Source: Chara braunii (lineage: Eukaryota > Plantae > Charophyceae). From it: 64,000 bases of DNA. The stretch is taken from positions 3,267,658-3,331,657 of the forward strand of contig BFEA01000006.1 in the NCBI GenBank assembly GCA_003427395.1. The letters are read 5' to 3'. Under the pieces are notes generated by a model that was not told the DNA's origin, ran no database searches, and worked only from the letters and a program-made list of their open reading frames with translations. The translations under genes were made by a program, and so were the position numbers. The stretch's first letter is position 1, and every line of letters begins with the position of its first letter. Shown in pieces: positions 1-13,258 of the stretch.

Positions 1-98
1 TTCTTCCCAGATACCCAAATATCGCGTCGTAAAAGCAGAAGGTACAAAAGAAGGAAAAGATTGGTGTTGCATGCACCGATCATGAAACTGTTCGAACT

Positions 99-210
99 GC
101 ATTAAAATTGCCAAAAATGTTTTCTATGTTTACAAGATTCTCATTAGCTTCTTTAGCTCTCCCAACTATGAGTGGATGTGTTGCAAAAATGATGGTTTTT
201 GTAGGAATAA
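99..210 (+). pseudogene. ndhD: Plastid ndhD fragment (NUPT)
   Basis: [35 protein letters not shown] matches the plastid NdhD motif [27 protein letters not shown]; short AT-rich fragment. Confidence 0.8.
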
Positions 211-310
211 TACGTGAAAAGTTGCATCATATGAAACTCCACGAGTTATTTGGCCTCCAATTGAAGGTAAAGTCGTGTGATGTACGACATCTTGAACAGT
301 TTGATGGGCA

Positions 311-346
311 ATGGTTAGGTGTATTATGTCGATTCTTTTGAGTATA
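311..346 (-). pseudogene. rpl33: Tiny plastid rpl33-like fragment
   Basis: Reverse strand reads [11 protein letters not shown], close to the Rpl33 signature TQKNRHNTP; only ~36 bp. Confidence 0.45.
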
Positions 347-708
347 TTACTTAAAAAAATGTTCGAAAACTACTCGTAAAATCTATGAATCTTTTTTTTT
401 ATATCCGTGTTACTTTTCAAAAACTAAAAGCTTATAAACCTAGTTATTGGCCAATACCTTCGCAATATATACGAGTGTTATTTTGTGAGATTTGTACCAT
501 TATGCTTTGTTGTGTTAATCGGGTTAACCATATTTATTACCATCATAGGTCTTTGGGACCTCAAATCGGGGCAATCGTCCAGTAATGGGAAAATAAAGTA
601 GAGAATTTGGCTATATGTATAAGTATTCTTCTATCATTTTTTTTCTTTTTATTTCTTTTTTTTGTATTTTACAAAAAATCCTGTTGTTTCTCGTTCTATG
701 TCGGAATA

Positions 709-833
709 CATCCTGATTCACATTGTATATTAACAGATTATGGTTTTGATGGTCATCCATTACGAAAAGACTTTACCTTAAGTGGATATGTGGAAGTACG
801 ATACGATGATTCAGAGAAACGTGTGATTTCTGA
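709..833 (+). pseudogene. nad9: Mitochondrial nad9 3' fragment (NUMT)
   Basis: [41 protein letters not shown] resembles Nad9 [34 protein letters not shown]. Confidence 0.9.
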
Positions 834-837
834 CTAA

Positions 838-960
838 ACATCAGAAAGATGGGTAACAACATAGAAAGATGTATTGATGTACCAAATGGGCTAATACTAG
901 AAGGTTGATGCAAAGTGTTCCACCAATTTACAGAGAATTTCATTATTGGTATATTCATGA
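838..960 (-). pseudogene. ccmC: Mitochondrial ccmC fragment (NUMT)
   Basis: NIPIMKFSVNWWNTLHQPSSISPFGTSIH contains the CcmC SVNWWNTLHQP motif. Confidence 0.88.
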
Positions 961-984
961 GACCTATGCAAACAAAAAGAGAAA

Positions 985-1260
985 AGTGGTGTACCAGCAG
1001 TTAAACAACAATTTTTCCCTTTCATCTTTGTCACTTTTACTTTTTTGTTATTTTGTAATCTTATTGGCGTGATTCCTTTTTCCGTGATAGTTTTACAGTG
1101 ACAAGTCATTTTGTGGTCACCTTTGGTGTTTCATTCTCTCGTTTTATTGGGCTTACTATAGTGGGATTTCAAACTCAAGGACTTCATTTTTTGAGTTTTT
1201 TATTACCTCAAGGCGTACCTTTGCCACTAGCGCCTTTTTTAGTACTTCTTGAACGAATTA
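985..1260 (+). pseudogene. atp6: Mitochondrial atp6 fragment (NUMT) with frameshift near 1080
   Basis: VKQQFFPFIFVTFTFLLFCNLIG..VTSHFVVTFG..GFQTQGLHFLSFLLPQGVPLPLAPFLVLLE is the plant mitochondrial Atp6 signature. Confidence 0.9.
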
Positions 1261-1371
1261 AGTTCTATTACCTACCAAACCAGCTAATCTTAAAGGATGC
1301 GTGCGAGCTTTTTCTCGCACTGACGCAGCAATCCTATTCGCGGCAAATAGTGCGTCAAATCCAAGAATAAA

Positions 1372-1420
1372 TGGGCTATCCTGGATTTGAACCAGAGTCC
1401 TCGCCCGTGAAGTAAGTCAC
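1372..1420 (-). pseudogene. trnI-GAU: Plastid trnI-GAU exon 2 plus the 3' end of its group II intron (NUPT)
   Basis: Reverse strand ...TTACTTCAC|GGGCGAGGACTCTGGTTCAAATCCAGGATAGCCCA matches the plastid trnI-GAU intron end and 3' exon. Confidence 0.8.
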
Positions 1421-1512
1421 CGTGGCAACTTCTTGATTGTTTAAGTAATCAGAAAATCAATCAATAACTTAATGAAAAAGCTTGACACAACATACGACTT
1501 CATCATACTGCG

Positions 1513-1745
1513 TTCTCTGATCGCATACTCGCTGCTCGCACTGTGTTTGTATGCATGTGTAGACAGTCTAGTTCATCTCCTGAATCGCTGTGGCCAGGAG
1601 AAAGGCCGAATGTTCACTCGATGTGACTGCTGGAGTCTGTATGGTGATTCAAGATGAGTGGGGCCTGTCACTCTTCTTTCTGATCGCATACTCGCTGCTC
1701 GCACTGTGTTTGTATGCATGTGTAGACAGTCTAGTTCATCTCCTG
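1513..1745 (+). repeat. ~70-bp direct repeat (1513-1582 and ~1676-1745)
   Basis: TGATCGCATACTCGCTGCTCGCACTGTGTTTGTATGCATGTGTAGACAGTCTAGTTCATCTCCTG occurs twice. Confidence 0.9.
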
Positions 1746-1819
1746 GATCGCCATGTCTGTTGAGGTTTCTGAGTTGGTCGTTTCATTGGTTGGGATATTT
1801 GGTTGGACTCGCGCTGCAG

Positions 1820-2008
1820 TGGCAGTCAGATGAGGAGTCCCGAGTGGGACTACAGTAATTGCAGAAAAATGGAGCAGCCCCTCTCACCAGTAATAGGCAA
1901 AGGTTGCTCACAAAAGGAGACCATACAGGATGATCCTCTCGACGATCTCACTGGTGTTGATCTGGTTCCAAAGACAGCCACGACACTGACCAAAGAAATG
2001 TATCAAAG
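1820..2008 (+). CDS. Penultimate exon of a SAC1/FIG4-like phosphoinositide phosphatase
   Basis: Open frame ..MRSPEW..EMYQR with candidate acceptor ctgcag (1814-1819) and donor AAG/gtatgt (2008/2009). The phase-2 split codon joins correctly to the exon at 4096. The 5' boundary is less certain. Confidence 0.55.
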
Positions 2009-2095
2009 GTATGTGTCCTTCTCTTGCCTTCTCCCTTCCTCCGTTTTATTGCAGGCTCCATCCCCTTTTCCCATGTTTTCTCTCACTCTCTGCCC

Positions 2096-2166
<71 letters not shown>

Positions 2167-2167
2167 A

Positions 2168-2312
2168 ATCCCTCCAGTCTGTCTTTCTGTCTCACTCCCT
2201 CTCTCACGCTTGAAAACATATGCACACACCCCAAACATCCCTCCAGTCTCTGTCTTTCTGTCTCACTCCCTCTCTCACTCTTGAAAACATATGCGCACAC
2301 CCCAAACATCCT
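2168..2312 (+). repeat. Tandem duplication of ~72 bp adjacent to a (CT)n tract
   Basis: ATCCCTCCAGTCT..TGAAAACATATGC.CACACCCCAAACATCC occurs twice. Confidence 0.85.
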
Positions 2313-2627
2313 TGGTCGTGAAGAAAGAAGATAACAGCAATACGATAACCTCGCGGGCTGCAAGGTGTGCAAGGTGGAAAGCAGCCTATCTCAGGGCCAA
2401 GCTTGAACACGGGGAAGGGTATTTTCTTCCTAATCGTACATGCATGAACTTTCAATTGTGAGAATCGTATCTTCAGCCTTCACAGGTCTCTTTCCCCAGC
2501 ACCTCTTTCCTAGGACTTTCTGGCTCCACAGTGCATGCTTTCTTTCTTTTTTTGTACCTGAACTTCTCTGAATCTTTATGCAGTGCAACCAGTTTGACTA
2601 CGAATGTACACAGTGGGGTGTGCTTCA

Positions 2628-2704
<77 letters not shown>

Positions 2705-3144
2705 GGCAGTGCGTCCTGGAGTTGTGTAGATGAGGTCATTGTTGAAAAATAAGAGAGGAAAGCAGGGGAGAGGAAGAAAGAACTAGGGGGGGCTAGAGGG
2801 AGGGGGCGTTCTTGAGTAATGAAGCAAAGGACCTTTTTTTTAATGAGCGTCAGAGAATCCGTTTCCTTCTGTAACAAAGACAAGCTAAGGTTGAACACGG
2901 GTGATGGTAGATTGTTGCCAGTTGTGCATGCATGAACTTTGAATTATGAGAATGGTATCGACATCCTTTCCAGTTTCCCACCTAAGAATCTCTTTCCTGG
3001 ATCTTCTACCTCAGCAGTGCATGCTTAATTTCATTTCGTTTCTCTGCAGTGCCTGAACTTCTCTAATCATAACCTGTTTGACAACTAGTGTGCATCATAA
3101 CCAGTTTGACAACTAATGTGCACAGTGGTCTGATTCAACCCAAA

Positions 3145-3237
<93 letters not shown>

Positions 3238-4095
3238 CATGTGCACTGTTATTTTTTGCCATTGTGTATTCGAATTCAACTCTCATCCTACTTCCTGTTT
3301 GAGCGGCCAAAGCAACTCCCTAGGTCAATTGTAGATTGTTACGTGAATTTTGGCTTCGTCAAGCTTGGTGTTGTCTTCTAATTAGTAGTGACAGATAGTT
3401 GCGATCCAGCTAAATATGTTGATTCCAGTTGGCACCGTATGACCTATATCCATACCATAAAACAGAGGACGCAAATATAAATATAGATTCTGAGAAGAGC
3501 CATATGAGGCGGAAGTCTCACGAATGGTTCGCAAGCTGAGCCATATCAGCAATGAGATGGTTTAGGTTAACAATCACTTTTTTAGTCTTCCTTGCTTGCT
3601 CCGTTTTATAATTGCAGGTGCTAGTATTCTTCATATTGCTGCATGAATGGATCAGCCAGATTCCCAGTGTGTCTATCTCGTATCGTTGAAACCGACAAAT
3701 TGGTGAGAGAAGACCCTGTTGAGTATAACTCTTGTTCGACTCAAATGAAAGGGGGAAAAAAGCTTCAGTTGATCCCTCTTTGCCTGCGTTGCTAAAGAGA
3801 GATAGTGAAGCTCAGGGCTTTGCACCTTCTCGAGGCTTCTTTCCCAGTTATTTGTCCCTTCATATGGCCTTGGTTCTGCTAACTTTTTCTTTTTCTTTTT
3901 CTTTTTCTTTTTCTTTTTCTTTTTCTTTGTGGCATGTTCTTTCTCGGTATTTTGTGGGGTAGGGGAGAGCTGAGAGTTCGTATTTGTTTGTGCCAGTACT
4001 TGACATGTGTTTTCACTGTTTTGTGAATTGAATTTTTGTTTATGTGTTGGTTATTTTGGCCGCTTCCCTTCCTTTGGTAACCCATGTGATTGCAG

Positions 4096-4456
4096 GTACC
4101 TGAGTGCAGCGTCAACAGATTTTGATCCCTGGTTTGGCACTGGTCTCCTTCCTGGTACTGTGGAAACCAGCGAGGCGAACAAGAGCTATGCCTGGCTGTG
4201 TCAGGATCTCTCTACCAAGTTGATGAGCTTTCATGCAGAGTCTTCTGGCTACTATCAACCTGTGAGCTTGACTGAGGGGCTAGGTGACCTAAGCAGCATC
4301 ATGCCAAACAATAGAGACGGGATCCATTGCCAGTATGGGAACCTTGGCAGCATTTTTCCTGAAGGTAACATGCTGGGTGGGACAGAGTACGACCCATTGT
4401 TCTCTCTTTGGGGGGGGCGTGACAGTGAGTCATCACTTTGTACAGCACAGTGCTAG
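4096..4456 (+). CDS. Terminal exon of a SAC1/FIG4-like phosphoinositide phosphatase
   Basis: Acceptor ttgcag at 4090-4095. The spliced product MYQR|YLSAASTDFDPWFGTGLLPGTVETSEANKSYAWLCQ resembles the plant SAC1 C-terminal motif YQRYL..WYGGTLLG..ENSEIY.HYA..CQ (recalled from memory). Stop TAG at 4454-4456. Confidence 0.6.
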
Positions 4457-4824
4457 TTGACAGCATGCTCACTTGGGTTTGATTGACTGTAAGCATCAGC
4501 AGTTTCTGGCCAAGAAGCTGTGAGTTATTGGCGATTCTAATTCTTCTGAAAAAGAGTGCGTAGGTGCAAGTGTCCTTGAGAGTGCAGCATTGAGGCATGT
4601 CCTTCTTCTAGGAAACACAAGGTGGTGTTTTTCAGACCTTTTCTGCGACAGAGCATACCTTTCAAGGGATGCATTTGTTTATTTTCCATGCATGCGATCT
4701 GCCTGGGACTTCATCCTTCTCCAAAGAAGTTCCTATATTGGCAGGTTTGTTTTTCCCAGGATTATTTTGTTAAGGGCCTGAGCATGGTTTAATAGATTGC
4801 CCGTTAGGAGGAAGGGAGCTTTCT

Positions 4825-4904
<80 letters not shown>

Positions 4905-5078
4905 AGACAGGTGTTGCAGGTTTGCTGAGGGGATTGTGTAGGGGTAAATTCCCATGAGCCGGAAGTGTGATCTGGCACCTTTTCTCAGTGGATTTTGTAG
5001 GGGCAGCTCCATTGAGCAGGAGCCACTCAGCAGTCGGACTTATCCTTGGCTAGCCTATTCTAGCAGGATTCATAGGCT

Positions 5079-5121
<43 letters not shown>

Positions 5122-6397
5122 ACCATTCGATCTCTGAATCATAGACAGCTTCGTCAGCATTGGAGCTAAGAAGAGTCTTCTAAATCTTGCTATGTTAAGA
5201 AGGTTATGCTGTTGTGTAGAAGCAGCTTAAAACTTGCCGAAGGATTCAGCACTAGTGCCACAGCTATGCCTCGTTGGCAGTTGCGACTTACAAGCCATGC
5301 ATCAGTGTGACCACTTGCACACATGGGTTACTATCCTGTGTTTTAATGTGGATTTGCACAGCCAGATTTTAAGCAATGCACTGAAGCCAAGGTTGGAAGG
5401 TGTTTGAAAATCCAGGGGTCTTGCTACATGAGGCAGTGATTGTGGTGGATATAACGCGAACCTGGTCAGCATTCTGACCTTATTCATGCTGGACATGCTT
5501 GTTCATAACTCCGTGGCACAACCCCAAGTCCCAAGCTGACCCTGGTGCAGAATTCCCAACATCAACACAGGTGCACCCAAGGTTGTATAGTCAAACCAGG
5601 ACCGTTGTGAATGTAGCCGGCCTCAGCCAGGACTGTCATGAACGTAGCCGGTCTCATCTTTTTGGTAGAATTCATTCACTGTAGTCCTGGCATGAGTATG
5701 AACTGAAAGAGAAGACTTGGGATTTCATCTGCTGCCATGATGACATTTCACTGCTTTCTAGTGCAGATACACGTACAGTTCTGCTTTCTGGATATAGCAG
5801 TTTGTCCTCTCGTCCACTTGCCGATCCCTGCTCCTTCAGGTTTGTTGCCTCCCGACACAGCTTCGCTGACTGGGGCTCTTTCTGTCGCTATTGTGGTTTT
5901 ACGTTTAGTTTGTTCATTTGTTACTTCTTTTTGCTTTTCCCTCGTTATGGCTTTTGCACCAGTTTGTAGTGATTAGAGGAAGGGAATGCCTTTGGCAATG
6001 AGATTGTATGTAAGGGAGCTGCAGCGAGGGGGCTTCACGTTTACAGAAGAGGCAAAGAAATAGGTAAAGAGTGTTTAGCCTGGAGCGGACAGTAGACCCA
6101 GTGCGATGATTCTATGTTACTATTGGTATATCTCGTCGCTTGAATCGCCCTGGGTAACTATTTGCCTCCCCCACATGCCCTGTTGTGGAGGCCCGGGTCT
6201 AATCATCTTAGCCTGCTTTGCACGCTGTCTATGCCACCCCGCGATGCAGACTGTATCTGGCGTGCATACCTCCCTTCTGGGAGGCATTTCCCTAACCAAG
6301 GGAGAGGTTTCGGTTCCATCCACCGCAGGCAATTGCGTTGGCCCTTACTCCTGGACTTCTGAATGAGTCTTTCGTCAGGGAACGTGCTTAGGTTGCA

Positions 6398-6463
<66 letters not shown>

Positions 6464-6599
6464 CAGGTGTTGTTATGACTGGAGTTCACCTGCTGTACGA
6501 TAATTTGTGTTGAGAGGATGAGTGAAAAGGTTTCCCATTGGATACTGGCCAGTGGGTGTGTTACAAGAGTTTTGGTGCCAGCCTGTGCATGCAGACACT

Positions 6600-7150
6600 G
6601 CACTGTATATGAGAGTGATGCGCAAGTTGGTAGCATGCTTGCAACAAATTGGAAATGCCCATGTGCATCCTAAGGCATGGCCATGCTCATCCTCAGGTAA
6701 CAGAACCTGTTTTGTGGTTGTATAATTGCTGGGCCATTCATTCGCTGCATTGTCTTGTGAACTCTGCCACCTCCACTGTTGCCGGAGCAAGCAGAGGTAT
6801 GCGGATAGGGAGGGGTGTTTTCTGTACATGCAATCAAGGGATGGATGGAATAAGTGGGTCTATATTGTTATCTTGGAGACTACATTCGCCACTTGGTGGC
6901 GACCATCGGTGGTTTTTTGGTGCAACGAGTCCACTGCACAATTCAGCTGCATGATTGAATGGCTAGGTGGTTTCGGGTGGGGTTGGTGATGACCGTCCAT
7001 TCTCTTGAACTGACTATGCTGGATGCATACGCGTATTGCATATGTCTGGATACTTGGCCTCAAGTTCCAACCGGATGCTCTCTCTGCGAGCTGGCTATGC
7101 TGCATGATGTCAGGTTCTTGCGGAGAGGACATCAGACATTGGTGATATTT
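6600..7150 (-). pseudogene. Possible highly degenerate Mutator (MULE) transposase remnant
   Basis: Weak motifs only: LNCAVDSLHQK (cf. TNNxxESxHxxLK), followed downstream by GCTWAFPICCKH (SWIM-like); many stops. Confidence 0.25.
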
Positions 7151-9803
7151 GCAGGCAGGTGGTTGTCACCGCCATAATGCAGATGACTTGCAGTTTTGCT
7201 GTGTTGTCAATTGGAGAGACTGCAGACTGGAGGTATGGAGCACCATGCTGGCACATGGGATCGGACAAACCGTGTGTCAGATTTGACAGATTGGTTCACC
7301 TCCACACCTGATCATTATGTTGGTACAGGCTGTGCTGCATGTGCCGTTTCAGTCAAGCGGCATTGACCTGGAGATGTTGTCTGGCCTCCATACTGGACGA
7401 CAATGTTGGTCCATCTGGGACGATATTTGTCGATGTGGTTTAGTCTGGAGACCACAGCATTGATCCGCTGGTCCAGACACGTGGAGCTAGTTTCCAGAGT
7501 CCGCTAGTAATTCTGATACAGTTCCAGCTTGTCCGCACCAGGGGCTGTCCATCTGGAGAGGCTGCCAGTCTTCCTGCCGCATATCAGGCATTCATTATGG
7601 TGACACGGGCTTAAGAGTTGTCATCGTCAAGGATGCAGATTCAGGCACAATTGCCAGATCTGGCAGTGTCTGGTTGATGATCCACTCGTTGCCAATGCAG
7701 AAGAAGGCTGCGACATAAGGCTGCTTGGAAGGTGCCTCACCACCATCATGCCTCCGCATTCTTCCTCGTCTCCACCTCGTCCTTCATCTTCTGCCCCGCC
7801 TCACCTCCTCTTCCTATGAATTCCAAGCCGAGATAATCCTGGTCCATCAACACACATCATGGAAATGCCCATCTATGGCCCAAGAAGGAAGTCAGGAATG
7901 TGCTCCATAAAGGAGTTGGGAGTGTGGTGCCACACGAGGTCCAACTCTGACACTTGGTTATCATCGGGTGGTAGTTGCACTTCCACGTCCACGTTGGAGC
8001 GCTGGACTGTTCTTGGGTAGTGGCCATAGTGTGGGCCGATTAGCTAATGCACCAGTTTGTGTTAAGTAGTGGTGGCATGTCAGACTTATTCTGCAGGCCT
8101 GCACATGTATCAGTTTTTCTCCTCAGGGCAGTTTGCCTGAATGAGCTCTTATGTGACAGCCGGCTTTCCTTTCCTATCCTGCTGATATGGGTAGTGGATG
8201 GGTAATTTGCTGCCTGTGGACAGTATGTAGCCTGTACTCTGGGTCTCTGGTTATAAGACGGTTTTATGGGTGGTTAGTTTGGAACCGCATCAGAGACATT
8301 ATTAGTCTGCACTGATCAGTCGTTCCTTTGAACAAGTGGTAGGTTGTTTCCAGAAGTTCAGGTATAGTTTACCTGAGGTCGAGTGAAGGTGAAACGTAGG
8401 TGAAAGCTCAAGCTGATGAAATCAGGTGAACTGAGCATGCATCCTGTGGTGTTCTGGTTTTACTGTCATGGTTTCTCTAAGTTGGTGGGGTGGCTATTGC
8501 GCCTTACAGAGGTGGGGGTGTTATAGAGTTGCCCACGCAAAGACTTGACCATACGCTGGTTTCACCTGCTCAGTCTTCAGTTGGATGTGTGCAAGATGTG
8601 ATATTCTGCATGCACGCACTCCAGTAGCCTCATCGCTTGCACGTCTGGATGTGGTGAGTTCCTTGCAAATGCATGAGAGGAAGAGGTACAGCTAGACCCC
8701 TCCACTGGGGGGTGCGGGGTGATGGGTGAGGAGGAGGGAGATGGAAGCTCTACATGACTTCAGCAAAGGTGTACTCGAGATTTGGCTTGTATCAAGATAG
8801 GCTTCAGCAGTGGGAAAATGGCAGTGAAAATACACACATGTGAATTGGTCATATATTTCTACCGGTGGGCTTTTCTTGAGAGGTTTGAGTTTTTTGAGAA
8901 TGTCCGAGTCGACACGGATAAGATGTGATTTGAGCTGTATTATATACGAGTATTAGTGTTGCATTAGAGTGACATTTTGCCATGTGAGCACGTGGCATTG
9001 TTTGTTTGGAAGTTTGCCTTTACTTCCAATCATTTCCGTCTCCTTTCTGCAAGCTTTGTGTTTTCCGTTTTCAGAGAGCCAATTTGTTTTGGGAGTGTTG
9101 TAGGGGAGAAAGTTCGAGAAACACTTACATGCCAGTTTTCGTGCTGTGGTGATCAGTAGGATGGCAGTTATGCAAATCTGGCGAATGAGAAAGTTGAGAA
9201 TGTGTCAATCATTAAGTCGATGCACGCGGAGACGAAGGTTGAGAAGGGAAAGGGTGGATTGAAGGAAACCTCCATGTTAGGGACGTTTGTTTGTGTAGCT
9301 TTTTGTGGTACTACGGAGTCATTACTAATCATCAGCAATTTTGACCCATTTGTTTTCTTGCTTACATTCTATATGTCCCCCTCTTATATAGATAGGGTGG
9401 GGTGAATGGTTATTATATTATAGCTTTTATGTTTCCTTAGCGTAGCCTAGCTTGAGATAGGCAGTTAGTGCTTCTCTGGAGGCAAGGGGGGAGTCTTTTA
9501 CCTTCCTTGCCCACCGTATTCTTCTGAGGAGGGAAAGCATTTTTTTGTTTTCCGTTCACTTCTTTCCCTTATGACCCTGCTGCAGGTGGGTACTGGAAAA
9601 ATGATCATTGGGAGGTTGCCAGAACATAAATAGAGCGATAGATAGTTAGGCACAAAGAAAGAAAGAGTGGTGGATGCCAGGAAGGGAAGGGCGGGGCGAA
9701 GAAAGAGAGTTCCATTTGGAGCACATGGAGATTATATAACAGGAGATCCATTTCTTTGCGAGAGAGAGAACATGGGTGTGTGGGAATGTGTGTGTGTGTG
9801 TGT

Positions 9804-9881
<78 letters not shown>

Positions 9882-10350
9882 NNNNNNNNNNNNNNNNNNN
9901 NNNNNNNNNNNNNNNNNNNNNNNNNNNNNNNNNNNNNNNNNNNNNNNNNNNNNNNNNNNNNNNNNNNNNNNNNNNNNNNNNNNNNNNNNNNNNNNNNNNN
10001 NNNNNNNNNNNNNNNNNNNNNNNNNNNNNNNNNNNNNNNNNNNNNNNNNNNNNNNNNNNNNNNNNNNNNNNNNNNNNNNNNNNNNNNNNNNNNNNNNNNN
10101 NNNNNNNNNNNNNNNNNNNNNNNNNNNNNNNNNNNNNNNNNNNNNNNNNNNNNNNNNNNNNNNNNNNNNNNNNNNNNNNNNNNNNNNNNNNNNNNNNNNN
10201 NNNNNNNNNNNNNNNNNNNNNNNNNNNNNNNNNNNNNNNNNNNNNNNNNNNNNNNNNNNNNNNNNNNNNNNNNNNTGACTCTTTTTTTTTATGAGAGGAT
10301 GGGCGAGAGAGTGGAGGAGTGTTTCTTATAAGACTTGTAGGGATGGGGGG

Positions 10351-10997
10351 TGTTACTATGAGTCAGGGTAACTAAGACGAATGCATACATAGCCTCTGGG
10401 CACATACACATGCACACAACTACGATACTGGGCTTGGGGGGTCTATCAGGTATATGACGGAGTCTACTCATGCATGGCTTAGCTCTAGGGTAGGGTAGGG
10501 ATATAAGTCGCTCCGGCTAGTCTGAGTTCCGCCCAGCCTTGGGTAAGCTAGGGGAAAGACGGGAGGATGTGTCCGCGGGCGCTGGCCTAGGTAATCCTGC
10601 TGGGTGGACTCTCTGAATTGGGCTTGTAGAAGATTGCATGAGCCTGGCGTCCGAGGTTCCCGTACGGCAAGGTTCGTCCGCTTCTGCTTCCATCAGGGCT
10701 CCTGCTGGGTGGACTCTCTGAATTGGGCCTGTAGAAGATTGCATGAGCCTGGCGTCCGAAGTTCCTGTACGGCAAGGTTCGTCCGCTTCCGCTTCCATCA
10801 GGGCTGGGATGGTGGGCCAGCCTTGTTGCTTGTCACTGCTGTCTGGTCCAAATTGCCCTCGATACTGGTAGGGTGATGGCACTGAGTGCTGGTCCCACTG
10901 AGGTAGGATAGTAGGAACAGGGGTTGCGCTAGGAGTATTAACTGGGGATGGGTAGGGTAGGTGGCCTACCCTGTCAGGACAACCAGCCTCTACAACA
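10351..10997. mobile_element. Probable LTR or solo LTR, related to 54733-55790
   Basis: Begins TGTTAC after a purine-rich tract and ends ACAACA. Internal ~105-bp tandem duplication (10597-10806). The reverse complement shares GTCTTTCCCCTAGCTTACCCAAGG and ACTATCCTACCTCAGTG.GACCAGCACT with 55280-55650. Confidence 0.5.
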
Positions 10998-11769
10998 CCC
11001 TGGGCTTTAAAAAAAAAAAAAAGAAAAAAAAAAAAAAGATGAGGATGTGTTGGGGCGCATCAGCTAAAGAGGGTAGAGAAGCTAAATGAGTCAAATGCAG
11101 TGTCAGGGGAAGGCGGGGCAGAAGGGGGGGGGAGAGGGGAGGGGGGGGGTTGGGGGAAGGGGAATTGTGAGGTAGAGGCATGCATGGTGGCAATTACATT
11201 GGTTTGGAATAAAATGTTTGGTTGTTTGGGTTAGTATGACCGGTACTATGCGGAATGGGATGACCGTTACAGGTTTCCACAGGGGGGTGAGGGAGAGGCA
11301 TGCATGGGGCCTTGGTTTGGACTAAAATGTTTGGTTGCGTGGGTTAGTATGACTTGTACTATGTGGAATGGGATGACTGGTGCAGGTTTCCACGGGATGG
11401 GGGAGAAGTTCTGGGCCAGAGAAGCGGGAGGGGGACGAGGATGGTACCGGGGTTTCCACAGGAGGGGGAGAACTCAGTGCCTGATTTGGGCCAGAATGGA
11501 TGTGCGCTGCATTTTACAGGGAATTCGGGAGATTTTTCATGTGGAGATGCATTCTGTTTCTCCTTCAGTGGTGGCAGTTATCTGCGATTAAATCCAGTTA
11601 TTGCTGAAAAGGAAGAACACTTGCTGGTATAAGGGAAAGCACTCGTGTTGGACACATGGTCGAGTGGGCAGCAAGGAAGGAGGGAGCTGCAGATTTGTGA
11701 GAGCCTCAACAAAGGTGTAGGGTGCTCTCCATGAAAGAGTGTATGGCAAGTTACCCTGGCGAATGTGGA

Positions 11770-12520
11770 GCAATCACAATTTGAGAACTCCGTGTATGTG
11801 GTGCGATGATATTTTTAAATATTTTTTTGTATCGCCAGTTGTTATTGTCAATACAAGTTCTTTTCCTGAGGGCCAAGGAGAGGGTAATGTGGAAAGAGAG
11901 GGGGCTGAAGAGGAGACGGAAGACGTGGAAGGAGGGAGGGAGGGAGGAAAAGAGCTAGTGTAACCAATAAGCTGCTTGTTTCAAGGTTGATGAGCAAGTT
12001 GTTCTGCTTTGTTTCAGCAATATCTAGTGAAAGCTCTGTAGGAAGCGAGGAGGGAGACAGAATAGCAAAATGAGATTTTGAGCTTGAAAGGTTGAGAAGG
12101 ACAAGGAATCGGTGAGGAAGACAGAATGGTGATGACCTCTCCGAAGGAGGTTTTGTTCAGGTGTGATTGTTGAAAGCTCGCAACTTGAGATTTGAAGGTT
12201 TGTCATCGTGTGATTATAATTTTTGTATCGCCAGTGGTGATCATCCATGTGAGCTCGTTGCATGGGGCGGACACAAGGGTTATGTGGGAAGAGAGGTGGT
12301 GGAAGAGAAGGTGGAGGAAGTGGAAGGATGGAGGGAGGGAAAGAACTATTGGAACCAATAAGCTGCCGCTGGTTTCAAGGTCACGAGCGGGTTGTTCTGC
12401 TTTGTGAAGGATATCCACTGAAAGCAGCGTAGGAAAAAGGGAGGAGGGAGATGGAATAGGAGAAGGCGATCTGGAGCCTGAAAGGTGGAGAGGGGCACGG
12501 GTGAGGAGCGAGGAGGGAAG
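11770..12520 (+). repeat. Degenerate ~400-bp tandem duplication
   Basis: TTTTTGTATCGCCAGT, AACCAATAAGCTGC and GTTGTTCTGCTTTGT recur at ~360-400-bp spacing. Confidence 0.7.
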
Positions 12521-13258
12521 AAGCGGCATACTGAATCATATCTGGCTTAAGTTCAGATTTGATGTTGGCCGGAAGATGGAAGGGACAGTTTCCTGAATAC
12601 CGGTCTATCAGAGGGCAAGGGGGCTCAGTTGACCTTTGATCTCTTGCCTGCAAGTTTCCATCTTCGGGATAATCATTTGAGCTTCAAGAAGTATAGAGTT
12701 GCCAGATTGTTTATCTGCTCTGCTTCAACTCTTATGTTCTCCCAAATGCCGTGTTTCAAATGGAAATGAGAGACTTCCTCCTACAAGTGTGTCTGGAGAA
12801 CATTTGTAATGTGATATAATATAATAAGATATCTTCAATAGCAGTAAATGTAATACTGTGCAACCAGTGTATTGTATGTAAATGTGATGTACCTCTATTG
12901 CAGTACATTGTCCTAACTCTATTGGAGTAATTTATGGTGCCAGACATATGATGGAGCTCTATTGCAGAAGGTTGTAAGCCGATGGAATAGTCTATGTCTA
13001 GGCATATGAATAGAAATGGACGTGTATGTATATGACAATATCTGATTATATATATTGTGATGGGGTCTGAACCGACAGTCTGTAGAGTTTTCCATCTGGT
13101 ATGGGTGAGTGATAGTCTGCTTTGATTTTCGTCACAGGTACCTTGAGGGCAGTGGTTGGCCCACCTCAGGGTATCAGTTGTCGGGCAGTTGTTGATGCTT
13201 AACCACAGCCGGGGTTAAGGTGGGTTATCACTTACAGTGTAATCAGCTAGGGGATTCT

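Noticed and set aside
1-98. [14 protein letters not shown] resembling a group II intron maturase segment
   Set aside because: Too short to assign without a search
1262-1292. Possible organellar SSU rRNA fragment (TTACCTACCAAACCAGCTAATC)
   Set aside because: About 25 bp with several mismatches; insufficient
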